From an uncultured Collinsella sp. (GTDB lineage: Bacteria; Actinomycetota; Coriobacteriia; Coriobacteriales; Coriobacteriaceae), in NCBI GenBank assembly GCA_900547715.1, contig URHU01000001.1:1-52078 (forward strand): DNA of 52,078 nt, given 5' to 3'. The translations under genes and the position numbers were made by a program. This document shows positions 36,726-46,529 of the stretch, in pieces. How positions within the stretch are numbered: position 1 is the stretch's first letter; each line of letters opens with the position of its first letter. The notes below the pieces were generated by a model, which saw only the letters and a list, made by a program, of their open reading frames with translations, did not search any database and was not told the DNA's origin.

Positions 36726-37739
36726 TTAATAGCGCTCAAAGAAGGCAAGCGCGTTGTCGCTGCAGAGCTTCTGCATCACGGTCTTGCCAAAATGCTTGGA
36801 AAGCATGTTCTGGAACTCGGGCATCTTGCTGGCATCGGAGAGGAAAGCAGGCACCGTGGCGCCGTCCCAGTCGCCGCCGAGCGCGATGACGTCCTCGCCG
36901 CCCAGGTCGAGCCAGTGCTCGATATGTGCCGCTAGCTGGTCGAAGGTGACGTCTGCGGCGGTCTTGTCGGTTGCGTCGTTGGATAGGAACTCGCTGCAGT
37001 AGTTGAGGCCGACGATACCGCCCATGTCGCGAATGGTGCGGAACTGGTCGTCGGTGAGGTTGCGCTTGACGCCGCAAACCGCGCGGGAGTTGGAGTGGCT
37101 GGCAACGAAGGGGCGCGTGGCGTGGGCGACAACCTCGTCAAAGCACTCATCGTTGAGGTGGGAAACGTCGAGCACCATGCCGGCGTGCTCCATCTGCGTA
37201 AGCGCCTCGATACCGGCGGCGGTGAGGCCGGCGTGGGTGTCGTGGCCGCTCGCGAGCGGTCCCTGCGCGTTCCAGCTGAGTGACGACATAAGCACGCCCA
37301 GGCTCTTGAGCACCTCGATCAGCGCGGGGTCCTCGGCAAAGAACGTGGCGTTTTCGATGGTGTGGATGCAAGCGACCTTGCCGTCTTTGAGCGCAGGGCG
37401 AATGTCTGCGGCGCTGCGTACGTTGACCATGCGGTCGTGGTTGAGCATTGCCTGGCCGCTCATATGCGCCATGATTTGCGCCTGGAAGCGCGCGGCGTGG
37501 GCGGTGGGAATCTCGTCGGGGACAAACGTGGCGAAGCACTGTGCCCACGGCGTGTTGCCGATCTTTGCGAGCGAGATGGCGCAGGCGTTGCCCTCGATGA
37601 GGTCGAAATCTTGCGGATGCGTTTCGTCGCCGGGGAAATAACCGTCGGTGCCGGCGGTAAAGCGCAGGTCGAGATCGAGCGTGGCCCAGCCGATGCGGTC
37701 GGCGGTGTCGCAGTGTAGGTCAAATACGGGATATGCCAT
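36726..37739 (-). CDS. Membrane dipeptidase family (M19)
   Basis: DLHCDT, LDVSHLND, ASHSNSR, RNLTD, GGDWDG. Confidence 0.9.
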   Translation of the reverse strand: MAYPVFDLHCDTADRIGWATLDLDLRFTAGTDGYFPGDETHPQDFDLIEGNACAISLAKIGNTPWAQCFATFVPDEIPTAHAARFQAQIMAHMSGQAMLNHDRMVNVRSAADIRPALKDGKVACIHTIENATFFAEDPALIEVLKSLGVLMSSLSWNAQGPLASGHDTHAGLTAAGIEALTQMEHAGMVLDVSHLNDECFDEVVAHATRPFVASHSNSRAVCGVKRNLTDDQFRTIRDMGGIVGLNYCSEFLSNDATDKTAADVTFDQLAAHIEHWLDLGGEDVIALGGDWDGATVPAFLSDASKMPEFQNMLSKHFGKTVMQKLCSDNALAFFERY

Positions 37740-37859
37740 GGTTCCTCCGGTTGCAGCGTTTCTTTGCAAACTGTCATTGAATTGTATGACTAGGGTATAG
37801 TTAGCGCCATATGTTCACGGCGGCCTGCGTTGTGCGCCGCCCTTATCACGGAGGTTACC

Positions 37860-38288
37860 ATGTCCAACCAGGGCAAGAAGGTCAAGACCCATTATCGCGG
37901 CACGCTCGACGACGGCACGCAGTTCGATAGCTCCTACGATCGCGGCGAGCCGCTGGAGTTCACCTGCGGTGCCGGTCAGATGATCAAGGGCTTCGACGCC
38001 GCTGTTGTCGATATGCAGGTGGGCGAGAAGAAGACCGTGCACATTCCTGCTGCCGATGCCTACGGCGAGCACAATCCCGAGATGGTTCTGACCTTCCCGG
38101 CCGAGCAGGTTCCCAACATCGAGCAGATCGAGAAGGGCATGAAGCTCTTCCTGTCCACGCCGAGCGGCATGCCCGTCCCCGCCGTGGTCATCGACGTGAC
38201 GCCCGAGGCCGTGACGCTCGACGCCAACCACGAGTTGGCCGGCAAGGACCTCAACTTTGATATCGAGCTCGTCGAGGTCGAGGGCTAG
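37860..38288 (+). CDS. FKBP-type peptidyl-prolyl isomerase (SlyD/SlpA-like, with insert domain, no His tail)
   Basis: HYRGTLDDGTQFDSS, GQMIKGF, AYG, LDANHELAGKDLNFDIE. Confidence 0.93.
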   Translation: MSNQGKKVKTHYRGTLDDGTQFDSSYDRGEPLEFTCGAGQMIKGFDAAVVDMQVGEKKTVHIPAADAYGEHNPEMVLTFPAEQVPNIEQIEKGMKLFLSTPSGMPVPAVVIDVTPEAVTLDANHELAGKDLNFDIELVEVEG

Positions 38289-38291
38289 AGT

Positions 38292-38870
38292 ATGCCTGAA
38301 CGCTTGGTTTCGACGACATGCTTGGGAAATCTCAACGATCCGTCCTATGAACTCCTGCTTCGCCGGGAGCTGGGCGGTGTCTTTGAAGTTGACGAGCTAC
38401 TGCTCGATTGGGACCAGGCTGATGTATGCGCGTTTGTGGGCGTGACGGAGCTGGGGCGCACGATCGATGCTCGGCTGGATACTGCCGACGGCGGTCGTCT
38501 TGTCGATGGCGACGTGCTCGCCATTGACCGTTCGGGCATGGTACCCGTGGCGGTTGTCGTGCGCCTGCGCAGCGCCGAGGTTTATTTGGTCGAAGTCGAC
38601 CGCATGGATCCGATTGCGCTCGCGCATGCGTGCTGGGAGATCGGCAACATGCATGCGCCGCTCTTCCGGGGCGACTCGGACGAGCATACCGTGCGCATGT
38701 ATACGCCGGTGCAGCCTGTTTTGGTCCGCATGCTCCGGGGTGTCGAGGGTGTTCGGCTCTCAGTGGTCACGCGCGAGCTCGATGCCAGCCGGCGCTTTGC
38801 GTCGAGTGCGGCGGAGGTCGTCGTGAGCATGGCTCCCGACTTTACGATCGTAAAGAAGGCGCGCGGTTAA
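38292..38870 (+). CDS. UreE-like nickel chaperone homolog
   Basis: GVTELGRTI...LVDGDVL and LAHACWEIGNMHAP (UreE GNxH motif). Confidence 0.72.
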   Translation: MPERLVSTTCLGNLNDPSYELLLRRELGGVFEVDELLLDWDQADVCAFVGVTELGRTIDARLDTADGGRLVDGDVLAIDRSGMVPVAVVVRLRSAEVYLVEVDRMDPIALAHACWEIGNMHAPLFRGDSDEHTVRMYTPVQPVLVRMLRGVEGVRLSVVTRELDASRRFASSAAEVVVSMAPDFTIVKKARG

Positions 38871-38953
38871 CGTGCGTATGAGTAAGACGGACTTTGAGAG
38901 GCAACTATTCAAAGTCCGTCTTACTGTTGATGAGGTGCTTTGGGGGAAAGCAT

Positions 38954-39751
38954 ATGGGTCTTGAGGGAATCAAGCTGATTGCATGCGATTTGGACGGCAC
39001 GTTGCTGCATCCGGGGGAGCGCGAGCCGCGTTCCGAGGCCTTTGAGCTTATCGATGAGCTACATCGTCGCGGTATCGTGTTTATGCCGGCGAGCGGCCGT
39101 CAATATGCGAGCTTGCGCTACCTGTTTGCCCCGGTGGCCGATGAGCTCGCCTATGTATGCGAAAACGGAGCCCTGGTGATGAGCGAGGGGCGTGCCGTCG
39201 TCAAGCGTTCCATGGAGCGTAGCCTTGCTATGGATATCGCGAATGCCGTGGTTGCGTATCCCCATGCCGACGTGACCCTTTCGTGTGAGGGGCACCTCTA
39301 CACCATGAGCGGCAATGATGCGTTCGTCGACCATTTGCGCTATGAGGTCCACTGCGATGTGGCGGTGGTCGACCGTCCCGAGGACATCGACGAGGACGTC
39401 ATTAAGATTGCCTTCCAGACGCCCGAGGTGGATCAGCCGGCCGCGCTGGAGTATTTCGAGCGCCTCTTTAGCGACCGTGTCGACGTGATGACGTCGGGAA
39501 CCGAATGGACGGACTTTATCGGTTTCGGTTCGGGCAAGGGCTCCGCGCTTGCCGATTACGGTCGTGCCCTGGGTATTTCGCCCGATGAGATGATGGCGTT
39601 TGGCGACAATGAGAACGATCGCGACATGCTTAACGTCGTGGGCCATCCCTATCTGATGGAGAGCTGCAATCCCTCTATGCGTGGCATCAACGACCGCGTC
39701 CGCTACGTGCGCACGGTCGAAGAAGAGCTGCGTCGTCTACTTGCTGAGTAG
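38954..39751 (+). CDS. Cof-type HAD-IIB hydrolase
   Basis: CDLDGTLL, ASGR, CENGA, FGDNEND. Confidence 0.92.
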   Translation: MGLEGIKLIACDLDGTLLHPGEREPRSEAFELIDELHRRGIVFMPASGRQYASLRYLFAPVADELAYVCENGALVMSEGRAVVKRSMERSLAMDIANAVVAYPHADVTLSCEGHLYTMSGNDAFVDHLRYEVHCDVAVVDRPEDIDEDVIKIAFQTPEVDQPAALEYFERLFSDRVDVMTSGTEWTDFIGFGSGKGSALADYGRALGISPDEMMAFGDNENDRDMLNVVGHPYLMESCNPSMRGINDRVRYVRTVEEELRRLLAE

Positions 39752-39754
39752 ACA

Positions 39755-39825
39755 TTTGGGACATGTCTAGAAATCTACTTTTTGCTGCAGAGTGCGGAAA
39801 GGTGGATTCTAAGGCATGTCCCAAA
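39755..39825. repeat. Long hairpin between convergent genes
   Basis: TTTGGGACATG.../...CATGTCCCAAA with further inner pairing. Confidence 0.6.
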
Positions 39826-39828
39826 CAT

Positions 39829-40209
39829 CTATCGGCAGTCGGGGCAGAGACCCTCGAAGATGGTGTAGTGCGACGTGACGTGCCAGCCGATTTGCTCGGA
39901 CGCTTTGGCGTCGAGCTGGGCATCGAAGGGGAGCGGTACGTCGATGACGCGGCTGCATGAGGTGCAGATGATATGTGCGTGCGGCTCGATCGTGCGATCG
40001 AAGCGGCTGCCGCCCGGCGTCTTGATGGAGAGGATCTCGCCGGCGTCGGCCAAGAGATTGAGATTGCGGTAGACCGTACCGCGGCTGATTTTGTCATCCT
40101 GCGCGCGTACGACGTTGTAGATTTCGTCGGCGGTGGGATGGTTATAGCTTTGGCGCACGGCGTCAAGAACCAGCTTTCGCTGCTTGGTATTCCTTCTTTG
40201 CACCGCCAT
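39829..40209 (-). CDS. Fur-family regulator (PerR-like)
   Basis: HPTADEIY, SRGTVYRNL, HAHIICTSC and C-terminal CPDC. Confidence 0.9.
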   Translation of the reverse strand: MAVQRRNTKQRKLVLDAVRQSYNHPTADEIYNVVRAQDDKISRGTVYRNLNLLADAGEILSIKTPGGSRFDRTIEPHAHIICTSCSRVIDVPLPFDAQLDAKASEQIGWHVTSHYTIFEGLCPDCR

Positions 40210-40270
40210 GCGCCTCGCCTCTTTTCTATCAACGGTCGTAGGTAAATGATACCGTATTTAGCACACAATA

Positions 40271-40681
40271 CTAATAATGAGGACTGAAACCGTCTTCATT
40301 GGCAAGTGGGGCTCGGGCCTGGGCGTCTACGAGGCGAAAGCGCGTTCCCATGCGCTCGTAGGAGGCATGAAGCGCCTCGAGATGAGATAGGATGCTTGCC
40401 GGAGCCCCCTGTATCTCCATCTCGACTGAGCCGTCTTCCATGTTACGCACCCAGCCGGTGAGTGCGCGTGCCTGCGCGAGGTTGGTGTTGGTAAAGCGAA
40501 AACCAACGCCTTGGACTTGCCCCGCCCAGCGCAGGAAATAGCGCAGGGGAGTGTCTTGAGTGGCCTCGTCGCTTGCGAGCACAGTAAGCCTGCAGCGCAG
40601 CTCGAGCTCGACGTTTGATGGTTTTTGAGGCTCTCGACTGCCGCCGGTGACGCTGGAGAAAAACGTATCGAAGAGGCCCAT
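40271..40681 (-). CDS. Acylphosphatase with N-terminal extension
   Basis: GQVQGVGFR, LTGWVRNMEDGSVE. ATG at 40681. Confidence 0.88.
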   Translation of the reverse strand: MGLFDTFFSSVTGGSREPQKPSNVELELRCRLTVLASDEATQDTPLRYFLRWAGQVQGVGFRFTNTNLAQARALTGWVRNMEDGSVEMEIQGAPASILSHLEALHASYERMGTRFRLVDAQARAPLANEDGFSPHY

Positions 40682-40683
40682 CG

Positions 40684-41790
40684 CTATGCCTGCTTGCCTG
40701 CGTCGGCCGGGAAGGTTATGCCGGCCTGCTGGCGCACGGCATCCATGATGCGCAGCGAGACGAGCGTGACATCGCGGTAGTGGCCAAGCTCGTGGCGCCC
40801 CGCCGGGGTCTCCCAAATCTCTTCCTTGACGTTATCGATGCCGCCGATGGCGGTGATAAAGTCTGTGAGTTCGTATTCCATGGTGTTGCTCGATTTGGGC
40901 AGGTCGAGAACGAGGCTGTTGTCGCCCTGTTCGCGTGGTGTCTCGGTCGCCGAGCCGCGTACGACATCGCCGCGATAGTCGATGCGGACGTTGCGGGGCG
41001 TTGACAGATGGTCAATCTGGATAGTGCCACGTTCGCCTTCGATCTGCGAGGGCAGTAGGTCATTCGTAATTTTGGAGTGTGCGAGCTCGACGGAGATACG
41101 GCCACCGCCGTAGCTGGCGAGGATGGAACCGCAGCCATCGATGGGACCGTGCGTGAGCTGTCGCGTGGTGGGGTCGAGCAGAGTAGCCATGCTCGTAAGG
41201 CCGGAGGGCATGCCGAAAATCTCGACCATGGGCTCGACGGTGTAGACGCCAATGTCCATGAGGGAACCCGATGCCATATTGCAGTCGAAGATATTGGTAG
41301 CGCGTCCCGCGAGAATCTCGTTGTAGCGCGAGGAATACTTGCCAAAGCGCAGCGAGGCGCGGCGGATGGGGGCGATTTCACCCAAGGCGTCCTCGATGGC
41401 GTGGAAGGCGGGATCGTGGAGGGGACGCATGGCCTCGAGGGCCACGACATCTGCTGCCTCGGCAGCGCGGAAGACTTCCAGCGCCTGCGCCTCGGTGGCG
41501 CAGAAGGGCTTCTCGACGATGACGTGCTTGCCACCGGCGATGCAGGCAAGGGCCTGCTCGTAGTGAAGTGCGTTAGGGCTGCCGATGTAGACGGCATCGA
41601 CGTCGGCAGCGGACGCAAGCTCGTCAAGCGCGGTGAAGTTACGCTCGCCACCGTGCTTGGCGGTGAAGGCGGCGCCGCGATCTGCATCGCGCGAGAGCGT
41701 GCCCACAAACGCAGCTTGGTCGTTGGCGTTGACGACCTGGATAAAGTCGTCGGTAATCATGGATGTGCCGATGGTCGCTATACGCAGCAT
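40684..41790 (-). CDS. Gfo/Idh/MocA oxidoreductase
   Basis: IATIGTS, YIGSPNALH, GKHVIVEKP, GSLMDIGVY. Confidence 0.9.
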   Translation of the reverse strand: MLRIATIGTSMITDDFIQVVNANDQAAFVGTLSRDADRGAAFTAKHGGERNFTALDELASAADVDAVYIGSPNALHYEQALACIAGGKHVIVEKPFCATEAQALEVFRAAEAADVVALEAMRPLHDPAFHAIEDALGEIAPIRRASLRFGKYSSRYNEILAGRATNIFDCNMASGSLMDIGVYTVEPMVEIFGMPSGLTSMATLLDPTTRQLTHGPIDGCGSILASYGGGRISVELAHSKITNDLLPSQIEGERGTIQIDHLSTPRNVRIDYRGDVVRGSATETPREQGDNSLVLDLPKSSNTMEYELTDFITAIGGIDNVKEEIWETPAGRHELGHYRDVTLVSLRIMDAVRQQAGITFPADAGKQA

Positions 41791-41865
41791 GTATCCCCCT
41801 CGTGCCGTTCGGTTTACAGGATGAGTGTAGCGCGAAGGGGTTGGAAATAGCGTGCGAAAACGCCG

Positions 41866-42351
41866 TTACAGGTCGCTCTCGTTAAAGCCGGTGTCGATAT
41901 CGAGATTGCTGCCGTCGGCCGCCGTGGTGGCGAGCTCGTCGCAGCGCTCATTGAGCTCGTGGCCGGCATGCCCCTTAACCCAAATGAACTCCACCTTATG
42001 CTTACTCTTTGCGGCAAGCAGGCGCTCCCATAGGTCGCGGTTTTTGACAGGCTGCTTGTTGGCAGTCCTCCAGCCGCGTTTTTTCCATCCGTCAATCCAG
42101 TGCTTGTTGAAGGCGTTGACGACGTACTGCGAATCGGAATGGACTTCGACGTCGCAGGGGCGGTTGAGCGCCTCGAGTGCCACGATGACCGCCATGAGCT
42201 CCATGCGGTTGTTGGTGGTCTTGGCGTAGCCGCGCGAAAGCTCAGAGGTGAAGGTCTTGCCGGCGGGGTTGGTGTATTTGAGCACGGCGCCGTAGCCGCC
42301 GCGTCCCGGATTTGATCGGGCCGAGCCGTCGGTATAGATGATGACCTTCAC
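41866..42351 (-). CDS. rnhA: Ribonuclease HI
   Basis: [45 protein letters not shown] at 42351. Confidence 0.96.
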   Translation of the reverse strand: MKVIIYTDGSARSNPGRGGYGAVLKYTNPAGKTFTSELSRGYAKTTNNRMELMAVIVALEALNRPCDVEVHSDSQYVVNAFNKHWIDGWKKRGWRTANKQPVKNRDLWERLLAAKSKHKVEFIWVKGHAGHELNERCDELATTAADGSNLDIDTGFNESDL

Positions 42352-42414
42352 ATGGTTCCTTTCGTTGGGTACGTTTCGCGTGAGTGACCATTGTAGCGCC
42401 ATGCCCGCCGGGGG

Positions 42415-43353
42415 CTAGCAATCTACGATTTCTACCCCGTCTTCCGACAGTTGGTTGGCATGGATGATGCGGTTGAGCTCGTCGAGGTATTGCTGCAAGA
42501 GGGGAGAGGGCTTGCGGTCGTCATGCATGATGTAGCCCACATGCATCGTCGGGGCGTCTGCCAGGGGGATCGAGGCCATGCCCCACTGCATTTCGCTGGA
42601 GAGTACGCCGGTCGACAGCGCATAGCCGTTCGAGGTGATAAGCAGGTTGGTGAGCGTCCCGCGGTCGGATACGCGGATATTGCGGTTGCAGGGAATATAG
42701 CTAAACGGTTCCTCGGCGTAATAGAAGGAGTTCGAGGTGCCTTGCTCAAAGCTGTAGCGCGTATAGGGCGTGAGGTCGGCAAGGGACAGCTGCGAACGGC
42801 GTGCGAGCGGGTGGCGTTCGCTGACGAACACGTGGACTTTTGCATCAAAGAGGGGATGAAAGCTCGCTCGGGCATCGGTAAAGGCCTTCTGCAGAACGCG
42901 GGCGTTAAAGTCATCCAGATACAGAATGCCGATATCGCTGCGAAACGCACGGACGTCATCAATGATCTGCGATGTGGTGGTCTCGCGCATGATGAACTCG
43001 AACTTGCTGTCGCGGCAGCGCTCGACTACGTTGACAAAGGCCTCGACCGAAAACGCGTAGTGCTGGGCCGAGATGGCAAGGCGGGCCTGAGGTGTACCGC
43101 CGTCCTCGTAGCGGGCCTCGAGCATGTCGGCCTGCTCTACGACCTGGCGTGCATAACCCAAAAGCTCGGTGCCGTCGTTGGTGAGTGCAACACCGCGGCT
43201 AGAGCGCGTAAAGATTTCGATATGAAGTTCCTGTTCCAGGCTTTTGACGGCGTTGGAGATATTGGACTGTGCGGTATAGAGGCGCTGAGCTGCGGCGTTG
43301 ATTGAACCGGACTCTGCCACGGCGATCAAAAAGCGAAGCTGCTGGAGGGTCAT
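42415..43353 (-). CDS. LysR family regulator (MtaR/CmbR-like), divergent from metY
   Basis: MTLQQLRF...GSINAAAQRLYTAQSNIS, FAISAQHYAF-type motif and DRGTL. Confidence 0.9.
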   Translation of the reverse strand: MTLQQLRFLIAVAESGSINAAAQRLYTAQSNISNAVKSLEQELHIEIFTRSSRGVALTNDGTELLGYARQVVEQADMLEARYEDGGTPQARLAISAQHYAFSVEAFVNVVERCRDSKFEFIMRETTTSQIIDDVRAFRSDIGILYLDDFNARVLQKAFTDARASFHPLFDAKVHVFVSERHPLARRSQLSLADLTPYTRYSFEQGTSNSFYYAEEPFSYIPCNRNIRVSDRGTLTNLLITSNGYALSTGVLSSEMQWGMASIPLADAPTMHVGYIMHDDRKPSPLLQQYLDELNRIIHANQLSEDGVEIVDC

Positions 43354-43373
43354 CGGCGCCCGTCCTTTCGATA

Positions 43374-43443
43374 GTTATCTATAAAACCGATAACAGGCTA
43401 GCGCTTTTAAGTGATTGACCGAGGGAAACAATGCTCGTACTAT
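43374..43443 (+). promoter_or_regulatory. LysR-type box plus sigma70 promoter of metY
   Basis: GTTATC-N9-GATAAC palindrome (43374-43394); TTGACC-17 bp-TACTAT (43415-43443). Confidence 0.65.
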
Positions 43444-43511
43444 TCAAAACACACAAAGGCGGTAGGTAATTAAGCCAACCACGGAACCGGGATGCGAAAG
43501 GAGGCCCGCAT

Positions 43512-43565
43512 ATGAATTGCTTACCAAGACGAATGCCGGGCTCCTGTTTGCGCCCGTCGGCGTGA
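43512..43565 (+). CDS. Putative leader peptide MNCLPRRMPGSCLRPSA
   Basis: AAAGGAGG RBS 7 nt before the ATG; 2 Met and 2 Cys codons; overlaps alternative hairpins ahead of a U-tract. Confidence 0.5.
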   Translation: MNCLPRRMPGSCLRPSA

Positions 43566-43626
43566 TCAGGAGACAGCGACTTACTTCTCTTTTTTTATTT
43601 ACTTTTGTTCGATCAAGGAGATCATC

Positions 43627-44937
43627 ATGAGCCAGTTCATCAACAACCCCGAGCACACCTTTGGTTTCGATACCCTGCAGCTGCACGTTGGCCAGGAGAG
43701 CGCCGATCCTGCATCCGACTCCCGTGCCGTGCCTATCTACCAGACCACGAGCTATGTGTTCCGCAATTCCCAGCACGCCGCCGACCGCTTTGGTCTTGCC
43801 GACGCCGGTAACATCTATGGCCGTCTGACCAACTCCACCCAGGGTGTCTTCGAGGACCGTATCGCCGCACTCGAGGGTGGCGTGGAAGGTCTTGCCGTCG
43901 CCTCTGGCGCTGCTGCCATCACCTATACCCTGCAGGCTCTTGCCCAGGCCGGTGACCACGTGGTGGCTCAGAAGACCATTTACGGTGGCTCCTACAACCT
44001 GCTGGAGCATACGCTCTCCCAGTTTGGCGTCGAGACCACGTTTGTCGATGCCCATAACCTGGAAGAGGTCGAGGGTGCCATCAAGGACAACACCACGGTC
44101 ATCTATCTCGAGACGCTCGGCAACCCCAACTCCGACATCCCCAACATCGACGCCATCTCCGAGATCGCCAAGAAGCACGGTCTGCCGGTTGTCGTCGACA
44201 ACACCTTCGGCACCCCGTATCTGTTCCGTCCGCTGGAGCATGGTGCCAACATCGTCGTCCACTCCGCAACCAAGTTCATCGGCGGCCACGGTACCTCGCT
44301 GGGCGGTGTGATCGTCGACGGCGGTAACTTCGATTGGAAGGCGAGCGGAAAGTACGCCCAGATCGTTGAGCCCAACCCCTCCTACCACGGTGTTTCGTTT
44401 GCCGAGGCTGCCGGTCCCGCCGCCTTCGCGACCTATGTCCGCGCTATCCTGCTGCGTGACGAGGGCGCCTGCATCAGCCCGTTCAACGCCTGGGTCTTGC
44501 TCCAGGGCACCGAGACCCTGTCGCTGCGCGTTGACCGTCATGTCGAGAACACCAAGAAAGTCGTTGAGTTCCTGGCTGGTGACAGCCACGTCGCCAAGGT
44601 GAACCACCCGAGCCTGCCTGAGCACCCCGACCATGAGCTTTACAAGCAGTATTTCCCCAACGGCGGTGCCTCGATCTTTACCTTTGAGATTAAGGGTGGC
44701 CAGGAGGCAGCTTGGAAGTTCATCGATCATCTGCAGGTGTTCTCGCTGCTCGCCAACGTGGCCGACGTCAAGTCGCTCGTCGTGCACCCGGCTACCACCA
44801 CGCACTCCCAGCTCTCTGCCGAGGAGCTCGCTGAGCAGAACATCACGCCCTCCACGATTCGTCTTTCCATCGGTACCGAGAACGCCGAGGACATCATTTG
44901 GGATCTGAAGCAGGCCTTCGCCGCGCTGGACGAGTAA
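43627..44937 (+). CDS. metY: O-acetylhomoserine aminocarboxypropyltransferase / cysteine synthase
   Basis: AVPIYQTTSY, YGRLTN, HSATKFIGGHG (PLP Lys), LANVADVKSL, IRLSIG. Confidence 0.93.
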   Translation: MSQFINNPEHTFGFDTLQLHVGQESADPASDSRAVPIYQTTSYVFRNSQHAADRFGLADAGNIYGRLTNSTQGVFEDRIAALEGGVEGLAVASGAAAITYTLQALAQAGDHVVAQKTIYGGSYNLLEHTLSQFGVETTFVDAHNLEEVEGAIKDNTTVIYLETLGNPNSDIPNIDAISEIAKKHGLPVVVDNTFGTPYLFRPLEHGANIVVHSATKFIGGHGTSLGGVIVDGGNFDWKASGKYAQIVEPNPSYHGVSFAEAAGPAAFATYVRAILLRDEGACISPFNAWVLLQGTETLSLRVDRHVENTKKVVEFLAGDSHVAKVNHPSLPEHPDHELYKQYFPNGGASIFTFEIKGGQEAAWKFIDHLQVFSLLANVADVKSLVVHPATTTHSQLSAEELAEQNITPSTIRLSIGTENAEDIIWDLKQAFAALDE

Positions 44938-44997
44938 GGCGACTTGTGCAAGGACCCCTTGCGACTCGATAGGTATAACTGCATAAAATGCCTGCTC

Positions 44998-45038
44998 AAG
45001 GCGCCTGTGCGAACAATGGTTGCACAGGCGCCTTTTTT
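44998..45038 (+). terminator. Intrinsic terminator after metY
   Basis: AAGGCGCCTGTGC/GCACAGGCGCCTT followed by TTTT. Confidence 0.85.
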
Positions 45039-45250
45039 GCATAGGAAGGGCGCTGTTACAGGGTTTTTGGCATGCTTTATGCAATCGAGATGTGGAAAAC
45101 TCCTGTTGAGAGGATGTGAGTTTTACGCAATTGACGTGCGCCTTTTGAGTAAAACCGCAGGTCACGATTTGCTCGGGGTACTATGCAGCGCGATCGAATC
45201 ACACGCAGCTCAAACGCAGCAAAAAACGCACTACGGAGGTTTCCAGCTAC

Positions 45251-46027
45251 ATGAGGATCGATTCACGAAAACCGAAAGCCGCCGCCCTTTCCGCCGCTCT
45301 GACCGTGGCACTTTTGGCGGGCGCCGGCGCAACTGATGCCCACGCGGCAACACTATCCGATACGGTTGGATCTACGCCGTCCGAGGCGACGCTGGTGCAG
45401 CCCGTCGACTACCGCGGCGACGGTTATGGCTCTATGCAGGAGTGGAACGCCTCGATGGGGGCAAAGCGCGATTCCCTGGAGATGCGCGCTCAGATCATTA
45501 TGAATATGTATGGCGACTATGCTACCGATGACGAGCGCGCTGTGTTGCAGGGCTGCATCGACGGCGCGGGTAGCCTGTTGACGATGGGGGAGGTCGACGC
45601 CAAGTCGACCGAGCTCGACGAGCTTCGCTCTACGCTTGAGGATGCCAAGCGCGAGGCGCTCGAGGCTGCCGCAGCCGAAGCCGAGGCCGCTGAGGCCGTT
45701 CAGGCTTCGTATTACAACGCCGGCTCCGGCTCGTCTTACGCGTCTGCTGCGTATTATGCGAACGGCTCGGGCCTGACGCGTTCGAGCGGCGTCAATAACT
45801 ATAACGGCCGCCGCGAGACTTATTACAGCAGCAACGTGTTGTATCACCACCGCACGGGCGAATGGACGCAGGATTCCGAGGGCTTTTGGCGCGATTCCGA
45901 TGGCTACTACGTCGTGGCCGCGGGTGATAAAGCTCAGGGCTCCACGTTTACCGGTTCCAAGGGCGAGTGCAAGGTCTATGACTCCGGCTGCGCAGCCGGA
46001 ACCACCGACTACTACACTGGCTGGTAA
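45251..46027 (+). CDS. Secreted coiled-coil protein with C-terminal 3D/DPBB-like domain
   Basis: Signal peptide (AHA-A), Ala/Glu coiled coil, C-terminal YYVVAA...KVYDSGCAAGTTDYY. Confidence 0.55.
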   Translation: MRIDSRKPKAAALSAALTVALLAGAGATDAHAATLSDTVGSTPSEATLVQPVDYRGDGYGSMQEWNASMGAKRDSLEMRAQIIMNMYGDYATDDERAVLQGCIDGAGSLLTMGEVDAKSTELDELRSTLEDAKREALEAAAAEAEAAEAVQASYYNAGSGSSYASAAYYANGSGLTRSSGVNNYNGRRETYYSSNVLYHHRTGEWTQDSEGFWRDSDGYYVVAAGDKAQGSTFTGSKGECKVYDSGCAAGTTDYYTGW

Positions 46028-46213
46028 TTTTTCTGCATCACGGATATTTGGCGGATGGGCGTCTTTACCGAGCTTTAGGGCAACGTAAGGACGCCCGTTC
46101 TATGTATGCGTTTGAGCTAACAGAGCCCTTACCGTGACGGTACGTCGCGCATATGGGCGCGGGGCACACTAGTTCATGAGAAATAAGGTCTTTCTCGTGG
46201 AGGAAGTGGTCTT

Positions 46214-46420
46214 GTGAACGCTCGAGATATTGCCGTTGCCGCCGTCGCGTTGATGCTTGGCTGCCTTGGTCCCACGGCCGCGCTCGTCGCGGGCATGCAG
46301 GGGACATGCGGGGCTGCTCCTATCGTGGTCGGCGCGCTGATCGCGGCCACGCTGCTGGGAAGCGCAGGCGTGGTTCTTTGCCGCGACGATGAGGACGAGG
46401 TGCCGGGGTCGCAACGCTAA
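46214..46420 (+). CDS. Small 2-TM hypothetical protein
   Basis: GGAGG RBS before GTG, two hydrophobic segments, acidic tail, followed by a terminator. Confidence 0.55.
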   Translation: MNARDIAVAAVALMLGCLGPTAALVAGMQGTCGAAPIVVGALIAATLLGSAGVVLCRDDEDEVPGSQR

Positions 46421-46458
46421 CTGTTGTGAGATCGGCCGCCGGTCATAGACGAAGATGA

Positions 46459-46497
46459 AGGCCGCCGCAGGGGAAAGGTTCCCTTGCGGCGGTTTTG
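46459..46497. terminator. Probable bidirectional terminator
   Basis: GCCGCCGCAGGGGA/TCCCTTGCGGCGGT stem between convergent genes. Confidence 0.65.
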
Positions 46498-46529
46498 CTG
46501 TTAAGGCTGTTGAATGCGGCGCGTTGGCG

